Virus record (IMG/VR): IMGVR_UViG_3300015360_000004
Span: 1 to 60,283 of that record
Reading direction: 5' to 3' (one strand)
From: a virus
Taxonomy: Duplodnaviria > Caudoviricetes
Length of the DNA: 60,283 bases
The stretch's first letter is position 1, and every line of letters begins with the position of its first letter. Positions 47,501 to 56,878 of the stretch are shown here, piece after piece. The position numbers and the translations under genes are program-made. Under the pieces are notes generated by a model that was not told the origin of the DNA, ran no database searches, and saw only the letters and a program-made list of their open reading frames with translations.

Positions 47501-49115
47501 CCTCCTCTAGCTCGTCGATGTCATTCAGGGAGAACAACTCCAGCGGCATGGCGTCCACGGATGAGTCCTTGAGGTAGCCGTTCGCCTGTAGGCCAACCAC
47601 CGGGTCGTCGTCGACTATCAGGCGGACATTCGCCATTTGGAGCAGGTAAATCGTCGTGGCGTCAGGGGGATTCTCGAACACCGAGGAAATCGTCAAGCCG
47701 GTGACGCCGGAGGATATGCTTGCGAGCGCCGTCACCTTCTTCATCCGGCCTATGTCCGCGTTCCCGGTCTGCTGCTTCACCTGGAGGTAGAGGGTCTTGG
47801 TGTCCGAACCGGCCGGATAGGTGGATGCAGTGTACCCAAGCAGCTCTGAAAATTCGGATATGTCGACGTTAACGCGAATCTGGAGGCTGGAGATTGAGTT
47901 ATGGCTGAAATACCTGCGGCCGTTCGGAAACGCCTGGGGTAGAAGGGTGAAGTTCACCGGCTGAAGCCTTCCCCTGTCCCACCGGCCGAGGGTCACCTGC
48001 GCCGGCTTCTCGGACTGCTCCTTGGCGCAGTCGGTCCAGACCTGGCCGACCGTTTTCTCGGGGAACGTCTTGGTCTCGTTCAGGAGCCTGGGCTCCACCT
48101 CGAAGACGTAGTTCGAGTAGTCGAAGCTGTTCTTGTAGTTGTAACCGGTCCTGATTTGCTTCATCACGCCCGCGGAGCGGTCATAGGCCTTGAGCTTGAC
48201 CTTCGCGCCGTACAGGTTGATGCGGTTATCCACGATGAAGCTGTGGAACAGCGAGGAGTTGTTGAGGGCGAAGGAGAACCCCTCCAATCGTTCGACGGCC
48301 GGGCCGTTCCTGGGGTCGATGTTGTAGTTTGGGAACTTTATCCCATCCTTGTTGAGGACACCGGATTTCCAGGTGTGGCTTTCGGCCCCGGTAGAGGAGC
48401 TGCTTATGTCAGCGAATGAGGACAGGTAGAAGACCCCGCGGTAGAAGCCGAGGGAGGCATCATCATCCGCGACGACGTAAAGCACCGACCAGTCCCTCGT
48501 GGTACCGTCGAACAGGCAGACCTGCCCGCTGCCGGTGGTGTAGCCGATGGCTCCTCCCTGAACGAGGAGGTGGGTGGGAAGGTCGGGGAGCTCATTATTA
48601 ATGTAGGACGCGTTTATGGTGTCGATTTCCACGCAGAAGTCATAGAGCGAGGTGTCCGCCGCATTAGGCATGGCGGTGTCGGTGAGCCCGACCCAGGCGA
48701 GCTTTATCCCGACGGCGTAGAGGGAGTCGTTCACGGAGAAGTCCGCCTCGCCTTGGTCGCGCCATTCGACTATGGATGCGTAGAAGACGTCGGACCCGAC
48801 CATGTCGTCAAGGCCCCACGGGTTCTCCGCGTCATTCTCCAGTTCGAACCGAATGACGCTGCCGACATTCGCCGTTAGGTAGGAGCTCAGGACGAAGTAA
48901 TCCGCCTTCAGGAGGTCGACGAACTCAAGCTCGGCCGTCCACTCCTGCCTAGCGCCGAAGTCGACGGTGTCTACCGAGCCGTCATTCATGACGAGCATCT
49001 TGAAGGTTTCCGCGAACGGGTACTCCGGTCCCTTGTGGCCGAGCGATATTTTCAGGGATATGTCATAGACGTCATCGGATACAGCTCCAAGTTTCATTTT
49101 AAGAGACCCCCGCAA
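44529..49115 (-). CDS. Large tail tip / baseplate hub protein with FN3-like domains
   Basis: 1528 aa downstream of the TMP; FVDNVGLNQNTDYEYKY and YYTVPGLSNDQPYVFKV are FN3-like. Confidence 0.75.
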   Translation of the reverse strand: MRGSLKMKLGAVSDDVYDISLKISLGHKGPEYPFAETFKMLVMNDGSVDTVDFGARQEWTAELEFVDLLKADYFVLSSYLTANVGSVIRFELENDAENPWGLDDMVGSDVFYASIVEWRDQGEADFSVNDSLYAVGIKLAWVGLTDTAMPNAADTSLYDFCVEIDTINASYINNELPDLPTHLLVQGGAIGYTTGSGQVCLFDGTTRDWSVLYVVADDDASLGFYRGVFYLSSFADISSSSTGAESHTWKSGVLNKDGIKFPNYNIDPRNGPAVERLEGFSFALNNSSLFHSFIVDNRINLYGAKVKLKAYDRSAGVMKQIRTGYNYKNSFDYSNYVFEVEPRLLNETKTFPEKTVGQVWTDCAKEQSEKPAQVTLGRWDRGRLQPVNFTLLPQAFPNGRRYFSHNSISSLQIRVNVDISEFSELLGYTASTYPAGSDTKTLYLQVKQQTGNADIGRMKKVTALASISSGVTGLTISSVFENPPDATTIYLLQMANVRLIVDDDPVVGLQANGYLKDSSVDAMPLELFSLNDIDELEEVPDHIYRPTDSDANQVTVDVDFLDVDNVGNVISNHAVSLQANAMGAVYRLIGELSSTYWTYDFGFTPTGPQSPDIKVTPHDLPSDFKSASDSEQKAFAKLFWSDDYQHARAVFSQNQVVILWTPSIQATTFTLKRYRYKKREGKTRVGVAGVASMSVTTSKSVSVTLDRTITGISPTQHFFVDNVGLNQNTDYEYKYVVYMVNAAGKGIGDIETNRGKCVAIPNGQNGLAGVWDDSSANLAWAVPSTLSEVKIYHGSVLIATRAGADATAGYYTVPGLSNDQPYVFKVAFKYNTLGTTADTWWRRTDAELNGAWDLKQLVDSSVTPRNTTVTDTDVNQFNQLLSWGIVSRTTQPFNGQFLPASALFTWTLAIDHKKLPDLSGAKDVRILADFVVRSYTGMSALARKEPVNFIIQARAIRRDGKSFIIAQYEAMQPHAIPDASGWGAYARFLNLPTSKGGNDANYDSDSSAPTSTGLYTGKSLWKIPDYLFEDDAQEWKEVDYIVFAVTNNDSVDVKYSGNTRWGYRLGIGGPPGQTWSEVAQHKSAYYLEFTKVFQGGLSKPQYARIDGGVTVEDAAVTGTASALIVEKAKHVTNYILKKTLGTVPTYIGNEMRGRDTWIWRLQTNNAMSVNELLLLLARNIWGCFTITPVDGLYLRTLDIEEPDVPTVFAFNDSNILKNTLSKPDFRKANEVFQKFKLRYNYEPVADDAGTFKGGFTEEMVVGWDLSLNRKIASGYGRQILDATTGVVSTPDGADEDVLAERCRVSTMLYTVAGKVNEAGFDQTKTIDMPMFYRPTDVNANTGEKVERDLPNLSTIHASAVQPKVAMQQLLSKYLRFNVYNSWVLSFKTHMKHVIHNTSINGLQDEAGTVDRRLKLMDKVSLSTTFHTGDTTVYGFVIGIQPDFYDGLATITLYIPLPPGVTGFEIDHVWDAGFGPRTNAQYVFPDTSYGLTNELGTHADASGPGTRVNSDYDFPDGSHADGEGTGNGR

Positions 49116-50115
49116 CTTGCTTGAATCGAACGTCTATGCGCCATTTCCTGTCGAACTCCTTGAACGGCGGCTGGTAGCCGACGCAGTAAACCGTATTGAC
49201 CGTGTATGCATCTCCGAATGGGTGTGCGCCCGGTGTGGAGATATCGAAGGTGCTCGCGTAGTAAGCTCGTAGGTATTCCATGAAGTAGCCGAAGACGCTC
49301 TGGTCCACGCGAAACTTCAGCGTGCAGTATTTCTCGTTTCCCTCACGCGCCGTGACCTTCCAAGCCCGTGCGTCGGTTGCGTGGACGAGCCTGTCGGCGA
49401 TTGGCTCAGGCACAATCGGGTAGAGCAGCTCGACGCCAGCCTGCGGGAATCCGATGCCCTGGCATGAACCAGGAAGGTCGAGACCGGTGATATAAAGCTG
49501 CTCGACGGTCATGGCCGAGCCGGGGCCAGGGGAAACTGGCCCATTAATGAATAGATTCACGGTCGGCCAAGAAGACAGGAGGAACAAGGGGTCTATCTCA
49601 CTATGGTCGATGCCGGCGGCGGGTATTTGAAGGCGATGTGTCAGGGTGTAGTATCCAGCAACCGGCGCTTCCGAAACAGTGAGGGTAATGATGACGCCGT
49701 ATGTAGTGAGCGAGGCTAAGTTTCCGGACTCGTAAAGGGTCGTGATATAATGATTCATCACATACCTCGGCGTTGTGTAGTGGGGGACGAACCAAACTCC
49801 ATCCGGTACGGCGGCGCTTGGGTTAACTCCGGATGCGCCGCGGGCAAGGCCCATACCTCCGCCAATCCATAGGCTCCCTAAGATGCTGGAGCTTCCGCTG
49901 TCGGAGATGGTAAAAGCCATTTCGGCTTTCAAGCCCGCCGGGTTTAAGCCGGTCATGACGACATGGTCGGTTATGGTGTTCCCGACGAAGGTGAGCTGGT
50001 TCGGGTCTGTGAAATTCCCATTGACAACGACATTGAAATCCGCCGAGAGAAAGTTGGGAGCGCTATAATAGGTCTGCCCGAGTACGCAGGCCGCCGGGTG
50101 GAGAGGGAGGCTCAC
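49099..50115 (-). CDS. Distal-tail-like protein
   Basis: Position right after the TMP; beta-rich. Confidence 0.55.
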   Translation of the reverse strand: MSLPLHPAACVLGQTYYSAPNFLSADFNVVVNGNFTDPNQLTFVGNTITDHVVMTGLNPAGLKAEMAFTISDSGSSSILGSLWIGGGMGLARGASGVNPSAAVPDGVWFVPHYTTPRYVMNHYITTLYESGNLASLTTYGVIITLTVSEAPVAGYYTLTHRLQIPAAGIDHSEIDPLFLLSSWPTVNLFINGPVSPGPGSAMTVEQLYITGLDLPGSCQGIGFPQAGVELLYPIVPEPIADRLVHATDARAWKVTAREGNEKYCTLKFRVDQSVFGYFMEYLRAYYASTFDISTPGAHPFGDAYTVNTVYCVGYQPPFKEFDRKWRIDVRFKQVAGVS

Positions 50116-51761
50116 TTGTAGCCCTTCTTCTGCTGCTGACCGTACCAGCGGAAGAAGTTGTCCTTGTCCCGGTCCAGCGCCTCGACGATGGAAACCGTGG
50201 AACCGCCTGAGTTGGTGATGTGGTTTGTCGGGGCATAGTGAATCTCGTTCACCACGTTGTAGACCGGGGACTTCCCGTTATTCAGCTCATTGATGCGGCC
50301 GACCCCGAGCAGGTTGCTCGCCCTGCCGTTCAGCAGAGCCTCCTGACCTCCGCCCCCGTCATTTACCCGAACCAAAGAATCCCTCCCAGGAAAGAACGGA
50401 GTTCCACTCTTTAGCGGGGTCGCGGCGACCTTGGCCGCCTGTGCGGCTCCGAGGACGCCGATGGAGGCCGCGAGGACCAATCCCGGTATTCCCGCCGCCG
50501 TGACCGCCATGATGCCGCGCGCGGTGTTTACTCCGATTTCGGCCATGGCAAGGGCCTTAAGCAGGGCACCTTGCTTCTTATTCATTCCCGCGACGAGGGT
50601 CGCCGCGCTAAGGAGGTTGGAGGCGGTGTCCATCGCCGCCTCGGTCTTCATCTGCTTCTCTTTGCGGGCGAGGGCTATGCGCTGGTTCGTCTGCATCTCG
50701 TCAATCTTTGTCTTGTCCATGCCGAGCTTCTGCGCCTGCTTGAGCAGTTCCTGGTAATGGGCCTCGGTCATTTCCTCTTCACGGAGGAAGTCGTTCTGGA
50801 TAGTGGCGAACTTGGATTCCGACAGCTCCGCCTGGAGTTCCTTCTCGAAGGCGGCGCGGTCCTTGGTCAGCTGCTCCAAGGCCTTCATCTTCTCCTCGTT
50901 CTCCAGCTTCGCGTTCGCCTTGTTTACCACGTCCTGCTCCATGCCCTGCGCGGCGGCCGGGTTATTCCTTTGAAGGTCGAGGAACGCACCCATCTTCCGG
51001 GAGCGGATGGCGGCCTGGGCGTCGATGGTGGAGGTCTTCTTCTCTGGCGCGTCCCCGAACAAGCCGTCGGTCTGCTTCGTGTATTTCCCGATGCCATCAA
51101 GGCCGCCCTTCAGGGTGGCCACCGTCTTGCCGACCTTGCCGAAGTTTGCCACGGCTTTCTCCGCCATGCTTGTGGAGGCCTTGTCCCACTTGTCTGCGGT
51201 GTCCTGGGAGGCGAGCCCCAGCTTGGCGAGCCCGCCCAGAATCATCGCGCCGGCGTTGAGGAACCCGGAAGACGCCATTTGGAAGACGCCTATCAGGCTG
51301 AAGAAGGCGTCGGAAATCGCCGAGCCGCCCAGGATGAACGCGAAACGGACCTTGTCCCAGTTCTTGATGATGAAGTCCATCGCCTTGATGAGCATCGGGG
51401 TCGCCTTCTCGGCGATTTCGGTGAACAGGGAGTTGGCTTTGCCCTTCAGCTGCTCGAACATTCCTGCGAGCTTTGGGGAGTTCTTGGTGGCCGCCTCAAA
51501 CACCTTGAAGATGCTCTGCTCCAGCATGTTCATTATCTTCTGCACTCCGGCGAACTTGAGCAGCTCCTTAAAGATTCCGCCGCCATTCCCGATTGGCCGG
51601 GAGGCCGCCTTCGTCAGTTTATCCCATGCGGATTCCAGGGCACTGACCTTGGACTTTCCCTGTCCTGTCATGCGCGTGATGTTCTGGTTTATCCGGTCGA
51701 TGTTCTTGCTGATGTGGTCCATCAGCCGTGCTTCCATCGTAAGGACTGCGTCGGCGGCCAT
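50112..51761 (-). CDS. Tape measure protein (short, 549 aa)
   Basis: Helical Ala-rich sequence, hydrophobic GLVLAASIGVLGAAQAAKV, follows the chaperones. Confidence 0.88.
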   Translation of the reverse strand: MAADAVLTMEARLMDHISKNIDRINQNITRMTGQGKSKVSALESAWDKLTKAASRPIGNGGGIFKELLKFAGVQKIMNMLEQSIFKVFEAATKNSPKLAGMFEQLKGKANSLFTEIAEKATPMLIKAMDFIIKNWDKVRFAFILGGSAISDAFFSLIGVFQMASSGFLNAGAMILGGLAKLGLASQDTADKWDKASTSMAEKAVANFGKVGKTVATLKGGLDGIGKYTKQTDGLFGDAPEKKTSTIDAQAAIRSRKMGAFLDLQRNNPAAAQGMEQDVVNKANAKLENEEKMKALEQLTKDRAAFEKELQAELSESKFATIQNDFLREEEMTEAHYQELLKQAQKLGMDKTKIDEMQTNQRIALARKEKQMKTEAAMDTASNLLSAATLVAGMNKKQGALLKALAMAEIGVNTARGIMAVTAAGIPGLVLAASIGVLGAAQAAKVAATPLKSGTPFFPGRDSLVRVNDGGGGQEALLNGRASNLLGVGRINELNNGKSPVYNVVNEIHYAPTNHITNSGGSTVSIVEALDRDKDNFFRWYGQQQKKGYK

Positions 51762-51764
51762 TGA

Positions 51765-52103
51765 CTATCTCCCGTTCTTTTTCATTTCGTATTCGGACTT
51801 CTTGCCCAGGTAGTAGGAGCGAGCCAGGAGGTACCTCCTCGGCCTGTCCTTGAGCCGTGGAACCGGACAACCCGGGAAGTCCTGCTCGTACTCGTAGAGT
51901 TGCCACCAGTACAGGACCGAGTCCGGTATGTGGGCAATCACGCAGCACATATAGCGGATGTGCTGGCCGTTTTCCTTTTCCTCCGCGCTTGGCAGACCAG
52001 AGGGCTTAAAGCAGGTTCGCTCTAGCTTTTCGTCGTATCCATGGTCGCACCAAGGCTGGTGCGGCCGAAGGATGCCGGCGTGAATGCCAGCTAGAAGCCT
52101 AAA
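51765..52103 (-). CDS. Tail assembly chaperone -1 frameshift extension (gpGT-like)
   Basis: The -1 frame is open from GGT TTA G (52099-52105) to the stop at 51765. Confidence 0.7.
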   Translation of the reverse strand, partial: FRLLAGIHAGILRPHQPWCDHGYDEKLERTCFKPSGLPSAEEKENGQHIRYMCCVIAHIPDSVLYWWQLYEYEQDFPGCPVPRLKDRPRRYLLARSYYLGKKSEYEMKKNGR

Positions 52104-52585
52104 CCTGCGAGTTCCTCTGGAGTGAGGATGGAGCGCTCGTTGATGGCGTCCTGGAGTTCAATCTGAAGCAAAACGGGAAAGGCCTCCAGGTGCTTTTCGC
52201 GCAGGAGGCCATCCGTTCCTATAAAATTCGGATTGAACTTGATTTCCGTCCCGTCCTGTTGCCAGAAGTTACGCCAGCCCTTGATGCCGGAGCGCAGGGT
52301 GAGCAGCCGCTCCTTGCCTGATTCCAGGTGGAGGGTCGGCTTCTTTTGGTCGTTGTCATAGGATAGGTACCCTGCGTCGTTTTCCAGCTTTGAGGCTTCG
52401 ACGCCGTTCTTGCCCTTGAGGATGTAAACGGTCCACAGTTCCTTGGGGAAGACGTATGAGCCGTCGGGGTTCAACGCGCGGAAGGCTTTTGGCACGTACG
52501 GGAAGGTGGAGTCGGTGTCGAATCCAAGGATTCCGGAGAGCGCGGCGCGCTGCTCCGGAGTGATGATGATGTCTTTGATTTCCAT
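52091..52585 (-). CDS. Tail assembly chaperone (gpG-like)
   Basis: Lies between the tail tube and TMP; GIKGWRNF motif. Confidence 0.75.
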   Translation of the reverse strand: MEIKDIIITPEQRAALSGILGFDTDSTFPYVPKAFRALNPDGSYVFPKELWTVYILKGKNGVEASKLENDAGYLSYDNDQKKPTLHLESGKERLLTLRSGIKGWRNFWQQDGTEIKFNPNFIGTDGLLREKHLEAFPVLLQIELQDAINERSILTPEELAGLGF

Positions 52586-52647
52586 AGCTTACCTCGAATA
52601 GGCTAAGGGTTTATAGTCGTCCCGGACCCGCCGGGACCTCGGGCAGA

Positions 52648-53613
52648 TTAGGCTCCCTGCAGGAGCTTCCATTCGTCTTCACCGGCCGCGGTGTTCTTCT
52701 TCAGGCCGAACTTCTTCTTTAGCACCCGATAGTTGTTCCGCTCCTCAGGACCGTTCTCGATGTACTGGGCCTTCGGCGCTGAGATGGTGAGCAGCGGGGT
52801 GGCGGAGAATGCGCAGGAGAACGCTCCGGTTGTGGACGCCTTCCACTGGGTGTACCAGGCCTCGGTGGCGAGCAGCTTCATCGACGGGTCGAGTTCCAGG
52901 GTCGGGTCGCGGCCGACAATCTGGAATCCCTTGATGCCGGTTGCGTTTGAGGGGTCGACGATGGGCTGGACGTCGTTTCCGAAGTCCAGGGTCATCTTGT
53001 CGATGTCCTGCGCGACGCCGCCATGGGTGAGGGTTGCCGACAGCACGCGGGCGGTGGTGGCGGTGGTCACGAGCGCGGGGACGATGATTGAGGCGAAGGC
53101 CCTGTCCGCGATGGATTGCAGCCGGCCCTTGAACTCGAACTCCATCCTGACGGGTTCACCGACCTGGTTGAGGACGAGCTTGCAATTGCCCATGCACCCG
53201 GCAAGGGTGATGACGAGCTGAACGGGGGTCGCCCCTTCGGAACGCTCGACGATTTCGATGGTGATGGGTTTCTGGGTGAGCTCGCTTGACGGCTCCCACT
53301 TCACGCCGGTCGTGCTGATTACGGTTTCCTTCGCCCCGCATGCCTGGAGCAGCTTCGAGTACGGGCCCGCGGTGTTTACGGAGGTCATGCCGGCGAGGTC
53401 CACGTAGAAGCTGACCGAACCGGACTGCTTCCCGATGATGGAGATGTCCTGGGAGAGGGTGCCGGTGGCGTACTTTCGCTTGTACTCGTTCATCTCGTGG
53501 CCGTACTGAATGCCGTCGGCCTGGAAGTCGTAATCGGCCGCCACCAGGGTCTCGGCGGTATACGCCGTGGCTTCCAGCTTGGCGCCGATGGTCATCATGT
53601 TGGGAAGCAGCAT
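52648..53613 (-). CDS. Major tail tube protein
   Basis: 321 aa, YSKLLQACG, MEFEFKG, strong codon bias, position. Confidence 0.85.
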   Translation of the reverse strand: MLLPNMMTIGAKLEATAYTAETLVAADYDFQADGIQYGHEMNEYKRKYATGTLSQDISIIGKQSGSVSFYVDLAGMTSVNTAGPYSKLLQACGAKETVISTTGVKWEPSSELTQKPITIEIVERSEGATPVQLVITLAGCMGNCKLVLNQVGEPVRMEFEFKGRLQSIADRAFASIIVPALVTTATTARVLSATLTHGGVAQDIDKMTLDFGNDVQPIVDPSNATGIKGFQIVGRDPTLELDPSMKLLATEAWYTQWKASTTGAFSCAFSATPLLTISAPKAQYIENGPEERNNYRVLKKKFGLKKNTAAGEDEWKLLQGA

Positions 53614-53699
53614 TCGAAAATCTCCTTGGTTTTACAGTTGAGGTAGGGCATGCTCTGTGACGGTGGCCGTCTGGGAAGCTCTGGAATCGCGGGGAAAGA

Positions 53700-54167
53700 C
53701 TAAAGCAGGGTGGTCGGGTCGGTAATCGACTGGGAGTAGTAGACTTCCAACTCGATGGTGACCGCGACGTTCGGCTTATTCACCGTCAGGTAGACTGGCG
53801 CATTGGACGAGAACATGAGCTCACGGCAGGTCCCGCTGATGGAGTACCCGGTAGCTGACGCGAGAAACAGTTTCTCCATGTCCTGGATGAAGTTGTCTAC
53901 GATGTCCTGTGCGTTCTTTGGCGCGACGAAATATGCGTCTAGCGAAATCGGAAGGACCTTGTCAATCGCCCCCCTGGATTCAGCCCGCTTGAGAACTCGC
54001 TCGGTGCCGAGAACGATGTTCACGCATGGGAAGTTCTTCATGTTCCCGAGGTCCACGTCCTCCGTGTTGACTTCGGCTACGTCCGTCAGGTAGTTTGAGC
54101 TCTTCCGAACAGTCCTGACCAACGTCGCCGCGGCCTTCCGGATGCGGGTTCTTACGGAGTCGGCCAT
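53700..54167 (-). CDS. Tail terminator / completion protein
   Basis: SVRTRIR.AA, FPCVNI, precedes the tail tube. Confidence 0.7.
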   Translation of the reverse strand: MADSVRTRIRKAAATLVRTVRKSSNYLTDVAEVNTEDVDLGNMKNFPCVNIVLGTERVLKRAESRGAIDKVLPISLDAYFVAPKNAQDIVDNFIQDMEKLFLASATGYSISGTCRELMFSSNAPVYLTVNKPNVAVTIELEVYYSQSITDPTTLL

Positions 54168-54170
54168 CCG

Positions 54171-54626
54171 TTAGCCCTTGAGAGCGCGCTCGGCGTTCTC
54201 TTTAATGGCTTCCGCCATTTTCTCGGCCATGGCCTTGGCCTTGGCCATTTGCTCATCATAGCCGTCCAGGCGCTTAGTCAGCTCGGAGGGGGTTTCCAGG
54301 TCGGCCTTGGTGCCTTCTTGACGGGCCTGCATGTCGGGGTTGTCGCGAAGCGCTCCCCTGCGCAGTTCCTCGGCGTACTGGCAGATGGTGTCGAAGATGA
54401 AGACCTCAAGCGGGACGTATACATACTTGACGACCTTGTTCGAGGTACCGAGCGCGGAGATGAAGTCTCCGAACGGGGCCGCGGTGGCGAGGATGGAGAG
54501 GCGCAACTTTTCAAGGATGCCGGTGCTGATGAGGGCCTTGAGCGCGTATGGGACGGCCATGCTGCCCAGGATGATGGGCCAGTTTGCCGAGATGAGCGAG
54601 ATGATGGTGGTGATTATGGCGGGCAT
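54171..54626 (-). CDS. Membrane protein (holin-like)
   Basis: Hydrophobic N-terminal helices and a charged C-terminus. Confidence 0.45.
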   Translation of the reverse strand: MPAIITTIISLISANWPIILGSMAVPYALKALISTGILEKLRLSILATAAPFGDFISALGTSNKVVKYVYVPLEVFIFDTICQYAEELRRGALRDNPDMQARQEGTKADLETPSELTKRLDGYDEQMAKAKAMAEKMAEAIKENAERALKG

Positions 54627-54922
54627 TAGGGTTTCTCCTTGATTTCCTGTACGATTCTCTTGACTTCTTTGAGCTCGATGGTGAGCTCGTTTATGGTTTC
54701 CTTGAAGGTGTCCTTGATTTCATAGACCTTAGCCTCTAGGTGCTTGTGGTTCAGTTCCAGCTCCAGGAGACGGTCATCCGTGCTCTTTCCCTGAATGACT
54801 GGAGGCGCGGGGTAAGCAGCCTGTAGCTTCTGGGTGGTGGAGGGGAAATACCTGAATATCAAGGCCACCAGCGACACGATTGTCGTCATAACGATGCCCG
54901 CCAAACCTGGGTCTATGCTCAT
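54626..54922 (-). CDS. Single-TM coiled-coil protein (holin / XhlA-like)
   Basis: GLAGIVMTTIVSLVALIFRYF then a heptad coiled coil. Confidence 0.5.
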   Translation of the reverse strand: MSIDPGLAGIVMTTIVSLVALIFRYFPSTTQKLQAAYPAPPVIQGKSTDDRLLELELNHKHLEAKVYEIKDTFKETINELTIELKEVKRIVQEIKEKP

Positions 54923-55440
54923 TTCTTGGTTACCTCCTTCATTGCTTGACGAACATCATCGACCATCTGCGGAAATGCGGTGGCCTGGTACTCTTCTATT
55001 ACCCGAAGTCGCTTCGGTATGTGGATTGTGCGTGACCCGAAGGTCACTCCCTTCTTGGCCGCGTTCGCCTTTCCAGGCTTGGCGAACCGATGGACCCCTC
55101 GTTCATTTACCTTGAAGTTGACGTTGAGCCGCGTATGCGCGGGCTGGGCGATGTCCATACCCGTCTGGTGGACCTTCGCGTACTTGACGTCGGTGAACAC
55201 CTTCCCGACGACGTCCATCGAGTCCTTGATTATCTCCACCAGCGGAAACCACGAGCGCCGAAGGGTGCCGGTCTTTGCCTTCAGACCCGGGCGGCCGGTC
55301 ATTTGCTCTTTCTGGATTTTTCCGATAAACACAAGGAGGGTCTGGCTCCATCGTTTCGAGATGGACTTGGTCAACTCAACCGGCTTCTTTGCCAGCAAGC
55401 GCCGCAGCTTCTCTGACTCTCGCGGATTCCAGCCTATCAC
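54919..55440 (-). CDS. Neck / tail completion protein (HK97 gp10 or Mu gpG-like)
   Basis: TGTLRRS, TDVKYAKVHQTG, IPKR. Confidence 0.78.
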   Translation of the reverse strand: MIGWNPRESEKLRRLLAKKPVELTKSISKRWSQTLLVFIGKIQKEQMTGRPGLKAKTGTLRRSWFPLVEIIKDSMDVVGKVFTDVKYAKVHQTGMDIAQPAHTRLNVNFKVNERGVHRFAKPGKANAAKKGVTFGSRTIHIPKRLRVIEEYQATAFPQMVDDVRQAMKEVTKK

Positions 55441-56267
55441 AGGTGTGTTCTGATGAAGCTGTTCAGCAGTGACCAGGTCTCCGGCTGAAGGTCGTACTTA
55501 TCGGCGCCGGAGCGGCGGTTGATGCCCTCGCGCTGCGTGCCGGAGTTCTCGAAGTCATGCATATGCTTCATGCGGTATCGAATCTCGACCTCGCAGGCGA
55601 GCACCAGCTCCGGCGCAACTTCGGCCAGGCACCGTGCGGTGACCGAAGCGAGGACGCCGGTTCCGGTCGCCGTGCCGACGGCGAATTCCGTATCCTGCTC
55701 GGTGAGGGTCTCCCCCGCCTCGAAGACTCCGTACAGGACCTCAACGATGAACGCCGCCGAGGTGGCGTCGACGATTAAGCCGACGGCCAGCGAGCTTGAG
55801 CCGGCCACGTACTTTCCGACGGTCATGTTAGACGCCCCGGTCAGGACGAAGGTCGAACGCGAGGCGCTTACCGCGAGTCCGCCCACGTAGACCACCCGGA
55901 GGGTCTTTCTGCCGGGGAAGAGGTCATAGGTCATCTGTAGGGATTCTGCGTGTGGGCCGATGGAGTAGTTTGAGTCGTCCAGCTCCGTCTCGGTGCCGTC
56001 AAACAAGCTGACGCTGTCATGGCTGACGGAGGTGATTGAGGTGACTGGGTGGGCGAGGAGCGGGAAAATCCGCTGGCCCTGCCTGATGTCCAGGTCCTCG
56101 GTGTAGGTTGTCTTCTCGATTCGCCGTCCGAGCTTGTCCTGGATGTCATTGGAAGTTGCACTAATCCATATTTTCGCCTGCCGGACATTGTTCATGCCTT
56201 CATCGGTGGAGACGTCCATGCTGAGACCGGTGTATTTTTCAATGCGGGAGAGGCTGGTGAGAATCAT
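55437..56267 (-). CDS. Head-tail adaptor (gp6/gp15-like) with an inserted beta domain
   Basis: LTSL..IEKY, PVTSITSV, LRVVYVGG...PELVLAC, LLNSFIR. Confidence 0.75.
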   Translation of the reverse strand: MILTSLSRIEKYTGLSMDVSTDEGMNNVRQAKIWISATSNDIQDKLGRRIEKTTYTEDLDIRQGQRIFPLLAHPVTSITSVSHDSVSLFDGTETELDDSNYSIGPHAESLQMTYDLFPGRKTLRVVYVGGLAVSASRSTFVLTGASNMTVGKYVAGSSSLAVGLIVDATSAAFIVEVLYGVFEAGETLTEQDTEFAVGTATGTGVLASVTARCLAEVAPELVLACEVEIRYRMKHMHDFENSGTQREGINRRSGADKYDLQPETWSLLNSFIRTHL

Positions 56268-56322
56268 CTAGAAGTCTCCTGGAGGAAGGAAAGGAGGGGG
56301 ACTGCTCCCCCTCCTCGTTTGA

Positions 56323-56799
56323 TTACGAACCGTGGGTGAAGCTGACCGAGGTACCGGCCGGCTGGGTCACGGGGACTTTCTTCGCCTTGCAAAGGATTAC
56401 CGATGCGTCGAAGTAGAAGTCGTCCGAACCCGTGATGACCACCTTGAGGAACAGGTAGCGCTCCACGTCCGCGCACTTGATGCGGATGAGCTTGATGAGC
56501 CCGTCGTGCGTGTTCAGGAACTGGGCGGCGTTGTCAACCCCGTCGGTGCCTTCGACGATTGCGAAGGAGGCAGCCTCCGCGTCGTTGGCCGCGGCGGTCC
56601 AGGCCGTGAAGTCCAGGGTCTGGCCGGCTCCGATGACTCCGGCCTTGATGACGATGAGGGCCTCGTCGTATCCGGTCATGTCGATGCCTACGGCGTCGCC
56701 GATGGCGGTGTCGAGGTTGTACAGGGTGGTGGCGTCGGTCCGCAGCGCAGGCTTGAACAGGTGCGCGATGGCCAACTCTTCATGGGCAGCTTGAAACAT
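56323..56799 (-). CDS. Capsid decoration / cement protein
   Basis: Follows the MCP; GIDMTGYDEALIVI...RYLFL pattern. Confidence 0.7.
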   Translation of the reverse strand: MFQAAHEELAIAHLFKPALRTDATTLYNLDTAIGDAVGIDMTGYDEALIVIKAGVIGAGQTLDFTAWTAAANDAEAASFAIVEGTDGVDNAAQFLNTHDGLIKLIRIKCADVERYLFLKVVITGSDDFYFDASVILCKAKKVPVTQPAGTSVSFTHGS

Positions 56800-56878
56800 T
56801 GTTGAACTCCTTGTCTTTCTTTGTTCTGTTACTTTATTGGGTGAGTGCGGAGGACCACGTTAGTGGTCCCCCTCGGGA

